Shown here piece by piece: positions 1-8,020 of a stretch of 64,000 nucleotides of DNA. The translations under genes were made by a program, and so were the position numbers. Under the pieces are notes generated by a model. It did not search any database and was not told where the DNA came from. It saw nothing but the letters and a program-made list of their open reading frames with translations. Position 1 is the first letter of the stretch. Every line of letters begins with the position of its first letter. Source of the DNA: Roseibacillus sp. (GTDB lineage Bacteria; Verrucomicrobiota; Verrucomicrobiia; Verrucomicrobiales; Akkermansiaceae); assembly GCA_051251855.1 (NCBI GenBank), contig JBPOGI010000006.1, positions 128,001 to 192,000 on the forward strand. Direction: 5' to 3'.

Positions 1-726
1 CAGCTGGCCCATCATCTCAATCCGGGCGGCTATGCCTGCCTCTTGATGGACTGGCAATTCACCTCGCCGGAAGACTGGCAAAGTGCCATTGAGTGTCTTA
101 TTCCTAGGGAGGGAATTCAGTCTTTGCTCTTTGAGGTGCAACGTCAGTCACCCGAAGATTACGCGCGCCATTGGTTGCGGCAGGACACCCGCTTTCAAGA
201 GGAAGACGCGCTCGGCCCCGAGTTGCAGCGCTGGCTCGATCACTTTGCCAGTCGAGGAACGGTGGGGATTTCTTCGGGCTTCATTGTGCTGCGCAAGTGT
301 GAGGTGGGGCAGGAGTTTTCATTCCATGAGTCCCGATCGGTGGCGCACTTTCCGCCTGAGACTTCGGCGGAATTGAGCCGCTTTTTTACGAATCAAGATT
401 GGTTGCGCGAGCAGACCGGTGACCTATTGGATGAGATTTTCGAAGGAGTGGAGGGAGTGCGTAAACTGGCCGGAAGCGTGCGCGAGTCCACGGGTTGGGT
501 GACCGAGTCGCTGCAGCTCTCCAGTCCCGCTCGTCTTCTCTACGATGGCAACGTGGACCCTGCGCTCCTTCTAATCTTAGAAACGGCTTCGGTCGGAAAA
601 CCGGTTAGAAGCGCTCTCCCCGAACTCGCGCGCATCGTGGGTGCCGATGAGGAAGCCCTGGCTCCGCAAGTGACTGATCTGCTGAAGGAGTTGATCACGC
701 GCACTTTATTGGTGCCTTGTGGCTGA
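1..726 (+). CDS. C-terminal part of a probable class I SAM-dependent methyltransferase (5' end outside window)
   Basis: Frame 1 is open from base 1 (QLAHHLNPGGYACLLMDW...). 'HLNPGG' resembles the methyltransferase LxPGG motif. Stop at 724-726. Confidence 0.6.
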   Translation, partial: QLAHHLNPGGYACLLMDWQFTSPEDWQSAIECLIPREGIQSLLFEVQRQSPEDYARHWLRQDTRFQEEDALGPELQRWLDHFASRGTVGISSGFIVLRKCEVGQEFSFHESRSVAHFPPETSAELSRFFTNQDWLREQTGDLLDEIFEGVEGVRKLAGSVRESTGWVTESLQLSSPARLLYDGNVDPALLLILETASVGKPVRSALPELARIVGADEEALAPQVTDLLKELITRTLLVPCG

Positions 727-810
727 TGAATTCTAGGGAGGAAGGAGATTCCCGTTCGTGAAACAAACCGCAGGAGAGGGAAGAGGCTAAACGCTATCGG
801 AGAGGCGGCC

Positions 811-996
811 TTTACCTTGGCCTTCGTAGCCTTGGCGAAGGATGCTGCCGCCAGCAACGGTCCAATCAATTGCGATGAAACCCCAAAGCCGCGTGCTGAA
901 CCTCAGAAGGATAAAGCTCTTCATCCGAAAGTTCACCCGCCTCCGCCCTTCGACATTTAAAATGTTCCGATGCGAGGACTATTGAACTCAAATTCT
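811..996. repeat. ~185-bp direct repeat, copy 1 (copy 2 at ~1813-1991), containing the palindrome CCTTCGtAGCCTTGGCGAAGG
   Basis: By-eye alignment: ccttggccttcg(t/a)agccttggcgaaggatg...caattgcgat...ccaaagccgcgtg...gaaggataaagctc..catccgaaagttcacccgcct...aatgttc.gat.cgagga...ttga...caaattct is present in both copies. Confidence 0.9.
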
Positions 997-1032
997 GACG
1001 TTCATCGCCATTTCTCGACATTAAAAGCAATC

Positions 1033-1060
1033 TTGAGAATCTGGCTCAAATGTGTAAAAT
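1033..1060 (+). promoter_or_regulatory. Sigma70-like promoter (TTGAGA-N16-TAAAAT) 6 nt upstream of the antitoxin ATG
   Basis: ttgaga at 1033-1038, taaaat at 1055-1060, ATG at 1067. Confidence 0.55.
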
Positions 1061-1066
1061 TCTACC

Positions 1067-1282
1067 ATGCAAACGCTTTCGGAAATTGAAGAAGCGATTC
1101 AACGTCTCCCTAAGAAACAGATGTTTGAGCTGGTTGAACGGCTTGAAACCAAAGCTGGAAATGCGTGGGATCAACAGATTGAAGAAGACGTGAAAGCGGG
1201 CAAACTTGATGCGATCGCTGAACAAGCTTTAGCGGAGCATCGTGCTGGCAAGTCTTTACCCTTTCCTTCCAATGGAAAGTAA
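1067..1282 (+). CDS. Putative type II antitoxin (71 aa)
   Basis: Small protein with 'WDQQIEEDVKAGKLD..AEQALAEHRAGK', overlapping the start of a ParE/RelE-like toxin frame. Confidence 0.8.
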   Translation: MQTLSEIEEAIQRLPKKQMFELVERLETKAGNAWDQQIEEDVKAGKLDAIAEQALAEHRAGKSLPFPSNGK

Positions 1283-1526
1283 GGCGGTTTCTTCATTCTA
1301 GATCGGTTACAACAAGCTTCCCGCTCATGTTCATGAACGTGCTAACAAGCAGTTTCAGCTTTGGGAAAAGGACCACTATCACCCCTCGGTCCATTTTAAG
1401 AAGGTTGGCAAGTATTGGTCAGCACGTGTGACCGGAAGCTATCGCGCTGTCGGTTTGCTTGACGGCGATACAATCGTTTGGTTCTTCATCGGAACTCATG
1501 CAGAGTACGACCGCCTTCTGTCCTAA
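1272..1526 (+). pseudogene. ParE/RelE-like toxin with in-frame TAG at codon 10
   Basis: Hand translation: MESKAVSSF*IGYNKLPAHVHERANKQFQLWEKDHYHPSVHFKKVGKYWSARVTGSYRAVGLLDGDTIVWFFIGTHAEYDRLLS*. TAG at 1299-1301. HPSxHFKK, WSARV and IGTHAEYD motifs. Absent from the ORF track. Confidence 0.88.
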
Positions 1527-1812
1527 CGAGATCAATGGAAGAAAGCGCAGCAAGAGCAAACTCACCTAAGACGGAACGCGAATCTTCCGCAAGTCCTCCA
1601 TAGCTTTTGCGAAGGAGGAAGTTCGCCCCACCGGTCCGATTCTTAACGACAGCAGAGCAAGCCTTTCGAGTCGCGGAAGAGGTCAAACGCTATCGCAGCT
1701 AAGCCCCTCACGGAGCGGCGGCCTTTACTGCCGCCGAAAAGTTGATCACGGAAGGTCAAAGTCTCCCAAACCACCATCAATCGACTAATCCCTGCAATCA
1801 ATCCATTCATCC

Positions 1813-1991
1813 ACCTTGGCCTTCGAAGCCTTGGCGAAGGATGATGCCGCCAGTACCGGTCCGGTCAATTGCGATAAAACCCAAAGCCGCGTGTTGTGAT
1901 CGAGAAGGATAAAGCTCCTCATCCGAAAGTTCACCCGCCTGCGCCCTCCGGCTTCTAGAATGTTCAGATACGAGGATTGACCCCAAATTCT
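1813..1991. repeat. ~185-bp direct repeat, copy 2
   Basis: Aligns to 811-996 and precedes the second TA module. Confidence 0.9.
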
Positions 1992-2129
1992 CCAAAAAGC
2001 TTGAAACGACGGCGATTGACAGCCAAGTGAGCATCGAACAGCTCAAAGCCGTCCACCGCCAAGCCCACCCCGCAGGGAGTGGAGAAAAAGGAGGCTCGAA
2101 AAATGACGATAGAAGCGTATCTTAGGGAC

Positions 2130-2357
2130 ATGACAGCGGAAACCATCCTTTCAAAAAGCGTTCGGTATGATCGCGGCGGGAAGCCACTCGAAGTGGTGAT
2201 CCCCTATGAGGAATTCGTCGATTTCGTGGAAAGCCACGGGCTTGATTTGACCAAAGAGGAAAAGGAATCAGTTCGCGAAGCTCAAGCGGATCGAGAGGCT
2301 GGAAGAAGCGAAAACTTCGTGTCGCTGGAGGATCTAGAGAAAGAGCTTTCGATCTAA
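2130..2357 (+). CDS. Putative type II antitoxin
   Basis: MTAETILSKSVRYDRGGKPLEVVIPYEEF...ENFVSLEDLEKEL. Stop overlaps the toxin start (TAATG). TATCTT-N6-ATG favours the start at 2130. Confidence 0.8.
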   Translation: MTAETILSKSVRYDRGGKPLEVVIPYEEFVDFVESHGLDLTKEEKESVREAQADREAGRSENFVSLEDLEKELSI

Positions 2358-2632
2358 TGCGAGCGATCGTTTTTCACCGCAGAGCGGCGAAGTGACTGGG
2401 AAAAATGCCCAAAGACCGAGCGGCTCAAGTGCGGGATGCTTTGCTGGAAGTAGCGGCTTTGGATGACATCGACGCTCATCCCAACGTGAAGCAAATGAGC
2501 GGCGGCATGGCTGGGTGGACTCGATTGCGGGTGGGAGGTTATCGGGCCATCCTGCAAGTGACGATTATCAAGGTGGACGAGGTCATCTATGTGGACGCAA
2601 TCGGCCCACGGGGTGACGTCTACAAGGGCTAA
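2357..2632 (+). pseudogene. RelE/ParE family toxin with in-frame TGA at codon 13
   Basis: MRAIVFHRRAAK*LGKMPKDRAAQVRDAL...WTRLRVGGYRAIL...IGPRGDVYKG. TGA at 2393-2395. RLRVGxYR and IGPRGDVYK are RelE motifs. Confidence 0.88.
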
Positions 2633-2716
2633 ATGGCCTTTTCCTTTAGCGGTTCAAAGCTGCTACTTGTCGAGCTAGAAAGCGGATGATCAATAATTTG
2701 TCTGCCCGACTACGAC

Positions 2717-2833
2717 GCCCTCCACGAACTTGCCCGCATCGTCGGAGCCGAAGAACAAGCCCTCGTTCCGCAAGTGGGGGAATTGCTGAAGGAGTTGGTG
2801 ATGCCGACGTTGCTGGGGCCTGAAAGTTACTGA
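2717..2833 (+). pseudogene. Diverged duplicate of the 3' end of the methyltransferase gene (613-726)
   Basis: ALHELARIVGAEEQALVPQVGELLKELVMPTLLGPESY* versus ALPELARIVGADEEALAPQVTDLLKELITRTLLVPCG*. Confidence 0.9.
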
Positions 2834-2854
2834 CTGAAAGTTACCTGTCCCTTT

Positions 2855-3313
2855 CCAGAGTTCCCACCCCTTTTTCTGCGTGCCTTCACCATCCCGTGCC
2901 GCTTGAGAACCTCTCCCACAGTGCTCACCACCGGAGGATTTTCCATTCCATGTTTCGTCCCCAACACATGTTGAATCTTCTTCGCTCCCCATGTCGGATG
3001 GAGGCGCCTCTCGGCAACAATCAACCTCTCTACAGCCTGATCGGTTCGGCAAGTCACGGACTTCGGAGCACGGCTCCGGGGCTCCAGACCGGCCATCCCG
3101 GAAGCGGCATGCCGGTCCCTCCACTTGTAACCAGTCTTGCGCGAAATACCGAACGTTTCGCAAAGTTCGGACATCGTGAATTGCCCGCTCAAAAGCAGGC
3201 TGATAAATTGCTGTTTTTCTTCCATCGCCGACACGTTTTTCCAGGGCATCCGCCCAGTCTAATGTGTAACCCATGTCCTCGGTTTATTTGTTACCTATGT
3301 GGTCGGTTCATAC
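2855..3313 (-). mobile_element. Truncated IS481-family element: left end plus N-terminal HTH of the transposase, no DDE core
   Basis: ORF 3249..2827 MPWKNVSAMEEKQQFI...ELCETFGISRKTGYKW...HPTWGAKKI. Terminal sub-repeats tgtaacccatgt (3265) and tgttacctatgt (3289) resemble IS481 ends. Confidence 0.85.
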
Positions 3314-4166
3314 CCATGGCTCTCTTGGTGATGCTGAACTGGTAAAGCGCCTTTTGGAAGAGGAAGAGATTGCCGGGATTGTGAATTTTGCCGCGCAGAC
3401 TCACGTTGATCGCTCGATTGATCATCCCCTGAATTTTTGGGATGTGAATGTGATGGAGACCTTGGTCTTTATGGAAGCCGTTCGGAATTATTTTGAGATC
3501 CTTCCTCCAGACAAAAAGGCCTTATTTCGGGTGCTTCATGTTTCGACAGATGAAGTTTTTGGAAGTCTTTCGAGGGATGAAGCGCCGTTTGATGAGCAGT
3601 CTCCTTTACGGCCCAATAACCCCTATTCAGCGAGTAAAGCGGCAAGCGAACATTTTTTGAGAGCTTATTTTCATACCTTTGGATTTCCCTTCATCATCAC
3701 CAATTGCACAAATAACTACGGGCCGTTTCAGTTTCCTGAGAAGCTGATTCCACTCGTCATTAGCAAGGCTCTTAATCAGGAGACGATTCCGATCTACGGG
3801 GATGGAACGAATCGGAGAGACTGGATCTATGTGGAGGATCATGTAGAGGCGCTAATCATGGCCTTTCAAAAAGGGGAAATTGGCGAGTCATACTGCGTCG
3901 GAGCCGGTGAGGAAAAAAGTAATTTGGAGTTGGTTGAGGAAATCTGTGAAATCCTCGAAGACCTCGTGCCCTGTGAAATTGGTCGCTATCGCGATCAGAT
4001 ATCGTTTGTGACGGATCGCCTGGGGCATGATTTTCGCTATGCGATCGATGCCTCGAAGCTCCAATCTCAGACGGGATGGCGTCCAAAATTTAGTTTTTCC
4101 AATGGCTTAAGAAGGACGGTGGAGTGGTATCTTGAAAAGGAGATCGCTTCCCGAAAGATGAAATGA
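3314..4166 (+). pseudogene. rfbB: dTDP-glucose 4,6-dehydratase lacking its N-terminal NAD-binding segment (IS-truncated)
   Basis: NFAAQTHVDRSI, HVSTDEVFGSL, YSASKA, NNYGPFQFPEKLIP and DRLGHDFRYAID are present. GGAGFIG is absent and the upstream in-frame codons come from the IS end. Confidence 0.85.
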
Positions 4167-4178
4167 CGGGTGTCTTAG

Positions 4179-4685
4179 TTACCTAATTTCAGTGGATTGA
4201 TCCTTTGGAGAAAGGATGGGGGCAGAATGCAGCCAGGGGAAATTCCAATCTGGGTCATTCCAGAGGAGTGTTTTCTCGGATTCGGGGTGATAGGGTGCGT
4301 CGGTGAGGTAGGAGATTAGGGCTGGCTCGTGACCGGTGACGAGAAATCCATGAGCGCAGCCCTTTGGGACAAAGAGTTGGTTTTGAGCCGAGGCGTCCAG
4401 GTGATAGACGGCATAGTGCAGGTAGGTGGGGGAGTCGGGCCTGAGGTCGGCGACGATGTCTTGCACGCTTCCTTCGAGGAGGATCAGAAATTTGCTCTGG
4501 GCGTGGGGGCTTTGATAGTGAAGTCCGCGAAGTGTTCCCGGATTGGAATGGGAGATGTTTTGTAAAACCCAGTTGGCTTTAAAATCGTCTCCGGTCAGGG
4601 CGGGCAGGAACCATCCTCGCTCATCTTGGAGCTTGGGTCTGCTGGAGATGGTGACGTCTTGAATGCTATCAGTCTGGCGATTCAT
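4179..4685 (-). CDS. rfbC: dTDP-4-dehydrorhamnose 3,5-epimerase
   Basis: DERGWF, NISHSNPGTLRGLHYQ, DLRPDSPTY, VPKGCAHGF, ILSPKD. Start overlaps the upstream stop (ATGA). Confidence 0.92.
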   Translation of the reverse strand: MNRQTDSIQDVTISSRPKLQDERGWFLPALTGDDFKANWVLQNISHSNPGTLRGLHYQSPHAQSKFLILLEGSVQDIVADLRPDSPTYLHYAVYHLDASAQNQLFVPKGCAHGFLVTGHEPALISYLTDAPYHPESEKTLLWNDPDWNFPWLHSAPILSPKDQSTEIR

Positions 4686-6025
4686 TTTGTGAAGAGTTCG
4701 GTGGCGGCGGTGGCTCCCATGCGCATCGCGCTGTGCATGTTGGGGTAGGTGAAGGCTCCTTGACGACCGGTAGTACGAAGGTTGCTGAAGTTCGAGAGGT
4801 AGGTGGTGATTATCTCGAATGATTGTTCGAAGCCATTTACGAAGATGGGGTAGGCGTGGGTGGCGTGGATGAGGTGGTGGCTGACGACTTGGTCGGGGGT
4901 GCAGAGACCTTCGGCTTCGAGGTCGCCGAGGATTTGCGGGAGGGCGTCGCCGGTCCATTTTTCATCGCCGATTTCGCAGGTGGTCTCGACGATGAGGGTG
5001 GTGTGTCCTGCTGGGCGGACGAGGAGGCCGGCATTTTTCGGTTCGCCGACGCGATGGTAGATGCGGTCACGGTAGTAAGTGTAGAGGGCGTCCATGCACT
5101 TTTCCCTTTTTACAAGGAGGGCGTAGACGGTCATGGGTTTGAAGCGAAGTTGGTTGGCGGCGTGGAGAATCTCGGGAGGGGCTGGTGGATCAAGGGCTTT
5201 GATGAGGTGAGGAAGCGGGATTGTGGAGAGGAATTGTGAGTCTTCAGAGGAGGAGTGATTGGTGCCGGTGATTTTTCCCTGATGGTGGGTGATTTTGGTA
5301 ATGGGAGAATTTGGGATGAGATCGGCTCCGCGTTTTTGGAGGGAGGTGGCGAGGCTGCGAGGGAGGGTTTCGGAGCCGGTCTTTGAGTAGTGGAGAGTCT
5401 CAAAGCGGAGGGCGCCTTCAGTGGCGTTGCGGGGTTTGGTGAGCCGGAGTTTTTCGAGGAGGTTTTTGAAGACATCGACGGCGGAAAGGCGGGGCATTTT
5501 TCGGCGGACGAACTCGGCGGAGAGATCGCGGGGGTGGATGCCCCAGTAGCGGTGGGTAAAGTCGCGGAAGAAGAATTCGTAGAGGGGGTCGCCGTAGAGT
5601 TCGATGAGGGCGGATTCGGCGTCGTCGCCGGGGGTGAAGTTGCTGAAGCGGGTTTGGAGCTCGGCGATGAGGAGGCCGGTGAGACAGCGGGCTAGGGTGA
5701 CGGGAGGGATGCCGGCGAGGATGTCGCGTCCGCGGAGAGGGTAGTGGTAGATTTTGCCGCCCCATTTGATGTGGGATTTGAGGGGGACTTCGATTCGCTC
5801 TTCTCCCATCGCTTCTTTGCAGGTGGCAAAGATTTCGGGATCGAAGGCGTGGAGCATGTGGACGCCGAGGTCGAACCAATTGCCTCCGTGTTGGTGGCCG
5901 GCGGCGAGTCCACCGAATTGGGATTCTTTTTCGAAGAGGCTGACTTTAGCGCCTAGTTCGAGAGCGGTGTGGGCGGCGTAGAGTCCGCAAGGGCCTCCGC
6001 CGAGGATGGTGAGGTGCTTTTCCAT
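4682..6025 (-). CDS. FAD-dependent oxidoreductase (protoporphyrinogen oxidase/UDP-galactopyranose mutase-like)
   Basis: ILGGGPCGL..A...FEKE..GGLA, FDLGVH and GRQGAFTYPNMH motifs. Polysaccharide-cluster context. Confidence 0.8.
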   Translation of the reverse strand: MEKHLTILGGGPCGLYAAHTALELGAKVSLFEKESQFGGLAAGHQHGGNWFDLGVHMLHAFDPEIFATCKEAMGEERIEVPLKSHIKWGGKIYHYPLRGRDILAGIPPVTLARCLTGLLIAELQTRFSNFTPGDDAESALIELYGDPLYEFFFRDFTHRYWGIHPRDLSAEFVRRKMPRLSAVDVFKNLLEKLRLTKPRNATEGALRFETLHYSKTGSETLPRSLATSLQKRGADLIPNSPITKITHHQGKITGTNHSSSEDSQFLSTIPLPHLIKALDPPAPPEILHAANQLRFKPMTVYALLVKREKCMDALYTYYRDRIYHRVGEPKNAGLLVRPAGHTTLIVETTCEIGDEKWTGDALPQILGDLEAEGLCTPDQVVSHHLIHATHAYPIFVNGFEQSFEIITTYLSNFSNLRTTGRQGAFTYPNMHSAMRMGATAATELFTK

Positions 6026-6027
6026 GC

Positions 6028-6438
6028 TTATCGCCAGGGGTTGAGAATTTTCACGCCGGTGTCGTGGAAGTGTTTGACGTTTCGGGTGACGACGGTGAGG
6101 TCATGGACAAGGGCGGTGGCGGCTATGAGCAGGTCCGGCAGGTCACGGCTGGGGAGGAGGGCGAGCTGAGCGGCGGTTTGGGAGATTTTCGAAGTGACGG
6201 GGATGATCCGTTTTTCGAAGGAGGGCCTGAGGGTGAGGTCGAGCCAATTTTAAATGGCTGCGGCGAAATTGGGGTCTTTGGGGTGGACGCGATGAATGCC
6301 GTGTTGGATTTCGAATTCACTGATGGTTGAGATGAACGAAAGGCGGAGGTCCGAGGTGCTTTCCCACTGGGCGAACTCGGGGGACCAGCGGCTGGAATTG
6401 CGCAGGTGGGAGAGTGTATTGGTGTCCAAAAGGAACAT
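6028..6438 (-). pseudogene. vapC: VapC (PIN-domain) toxin with in-frame TAA at codon 63
   Basis: MFLLDTNTLS...FAAAI*NWLDLTLRPSFEKRIIPV...DLLIAATALVHDLTVVTRNVKHFHDTGVKILNPWR*. TAA at 6250-6252 and the same frame continues to 6028. Confidence 0.9.
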
Positions 6439-6693
6439 TTAGTGTTCGAAGGTGATCGTTTTTGGAGTTGGGAGGTCAACTTTTGGGAAGTCCCAGTCCT
6501 GATTTTGGTCGAGGTCGGTGAGGTCCATGGCGAGGGCGGAGCCGAGGGATGTTCTGGGCTCGGGTGCGCGGGTTTCGAGGCGAAGGGGGAAGGAGCGACC
6601 GTTGCGAGTGATGGTGACACAGCCTTCGGTGAGAAGGGCTTCGAAGAATTCGCCGGTGCGCGTTTTGAGCTCGGTGGCGATGAGGGTCTTCAT
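6439..6693 (-). CDS. Phd/YefM-type antitoxin
   Basis: MKTLIATELKTRTGEFFE....VTITRNGR, a prevent-host-death signature, immediately upstream of vapC. Confidence 0.82.
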   Translation of the reverse strand: MKTLIATELKTRTGEFFEALLTEGCVTITRNGRSFPLRLETRAPEPRTSLGSALAMDLTDLDQNQDWDFPKVDLPTPKTITFEH

Positions 6694-6699
6694 GCTCAT

Positions 6700-6736
6700 A
6701 TTAAAGACTGAATCGACCAATTAGGTCAAGTCGATT
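6700..6736 (-). promoter_or_regulatory. Promoter with overlapping inverted-repeat operator for the phd-vapC module
   Basis: Minus strand TTGACC...TTTAAT. Palindromic arms AATCGAC (6711-6717) and GTCGATT (6730-6736), with inner GACC/GGTC. Confidence 0.55.
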
Positions 6737-6747
6737 GATTTGGCTGA

Positions 6748-7887
6748 TTAAGAATCGAGGTTGTGAGAGGCGAGGGCTTGATCTTGCATGAGGTCGGCGG
6801 CGAGGGTGACTTGGGCTTCGAGGGTGGCGATGGGGACTTTTTGTGGGTCGAGGGGTTCGACGAGGCCGTAGAGTTCGGCGGAGCCGATGGCGTGGGAGAT
6901 TTTTGTGCCGGCGGGGAGGTCGCGTTTGGCGTAGGCGTAAACGTCGCAGGTTTTTTTCGTTGGTGGAGTGAGGATGGCTTTGCCGGAGGCGGCTTGGAGG
7001 ATGGCTTTTGGGGTTTCGAGGTGGCAGAGGTGGTAGGGGCGGTAGAGGAGTTGGTATTTCCCGCAGGGGCTCGTACGAAGTTTGTAGTAGTTTAGGTAGA
7101 AGGCTTGCTCGGTGGGGATTTCTTTTTTTGGGGTGACGATGAGGTAGACGCCGCCGCCGGGTTCGGCGCCGAGGAGGTAGTCGATGCGTGGGGTGCCGTT
7201 ATAAGAATCGAAGTCGAAGAGGGTGAGGGCTTCTTCAACTCGTGCGGCGCGGGGGCCGGTCATGCCTCCTGCGGGTGGGAGGTAGCCGAGGGCGTTGGCA
7301 AGGACGGCCATCTCGATGTGGAGCTTGGTGCCATCGGTGTAGGCGCAGCATTGGGTGGCGGAGAGATTGCGCTTTTCGGCCTCGTGTTTGATGGAGTCGG
7401 GGGTGGCGCTGCGGTCGAGGAAGCCTTTGATGTTGCCGGCTTGGACGATGTCGAAGCCCATGAGGTCGGCTTCTTCAATCATGGTGGCGAGAACGCCGTG
7501 TTGGTCTCCGGCATCGGAGGTGAGGGTGAGCTTGTTTTTTGTGGCGAGAGCGGCGAGGCGGGGGCCGTGAGCGAGGTCGACCTCGGCATTCATGAGGACG
7601 ACGTGGGCTTGGTTTTCGAGGGCGGCTTGGCAGTAGTCGGCGGCGGCTTCGATGGAGTTGGTGGCTTCGACGAGAACGTCGATGGGGTGATTTTTCAGGA
7701 GGTCATGGAAGTCGCTTCCGTGTGCTGCGTCGGGGGCCAGGGTGGCGACGTCTGCAGCGGTCGCTTGATCGAGGTCGGCGACCCAGGTGAGGTCCATGCC
7801 GGGAGTGGCGTTGACTTGGAAGGCGATGCCGCGGCCCATGCAGCCGGCACCGACGAGGCCGACTCTGATATTATTCTGAGAGGTCAT
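6748..7887 (-). CDS. NAD(P)-dependent oxidoreductase, homoserine-dehydrogenase-like with C-terminal SAF domain
   Basis: VGLVGAGCMG, HVVLMNAEVD, GDQHG, DGTKL..EMAVLANALG, YRPYHL, YAKRDLPAG. Confidence 0.85.
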   Translation of the reverse strand: MTSQNNIRVGLVGAGCMGRGIAFQVNATPGMDLTWVADLDQATAADVATLAPDAAHGSDFHDLLKNHPIDVLVEATNSIEAAADYCQAALENQAHVVLMNAEVDLAHGPRLAALATKNKLTLTSDAGDQHGVLATMIEEADLMGFDIVQAGNIKGFLDRSATPDSIKHEAEKRNLSATQCCAYTDGTKLHIEMAVLANALGYLPPAGGMTGPRAARVEEALTLFDFDSYNGTPRIDYLLGAEPGGGVYLIVTPKKEIPTEQAFYLNYYKLRTSPCGKYQLLYRPYHLCHLETPKAILQAASGKAILTPPTKKTCDVYAYAKRDLPAGTKISHAIGSAELYGLVEPLDPQKVPIATLEAQVTLAADLMQDQALASHNLDS

Positions 7888-7976
7888 GAAGGTGGGTTTT
7901 GATTGAGCTAGAGTTGGAGGATGAGGATGGCTGCGATTTGTTTTAACGGGAGAAAGGTGGTGGTGTCGAGGAGGGG
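7884..7976 (-). pseudogene. Diverged duplicate of the asnB 3' end
   Basis: PLLDTTTFLPLKQIAAILILQL*LNQNPPS* versus asnB PLLDATTFLPLKQLASILILQLWLDQHSQ*. 65/77 nt identical by hand count (7900-7976 vs 13141-13217). Confidence 0.9.
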
Positions 7977-8005
7977 TTGAGGAGGGGTTGAGGAGGGGTT
8001 GAGGA
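7968..8005. repeat. Tandem 11-mer GAGGAGGGGTT x3 plus a partial copy
   Basis: Read directly, at the junction of the asnB remnant and the transposase 3' end. Confidence 0.9.
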
Positions 8006-8020
8006 TAGTATGCTGGCGAG

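Noticed and set aside
779..1991. CRISPR array or integron attC array
   Set aside because: The repeats are ~185 bp with only two full copies, there is no regular spacer length, no clear attC core-site pattern, and no cas or intI gene in the window.
2079..2129. Upstream starts for the second antitoxin
   Set aside because: A -10-like TATCTT 6 nt before ATG 2130 matches the spacing seen at other genes, so 2130 is preferred.
1299..6252. Alternative genetic code explaining the in-frame stops in the toxins
   Set aside because: The three interruptions use three different stop codons, and all three codons end normal genes in this window.
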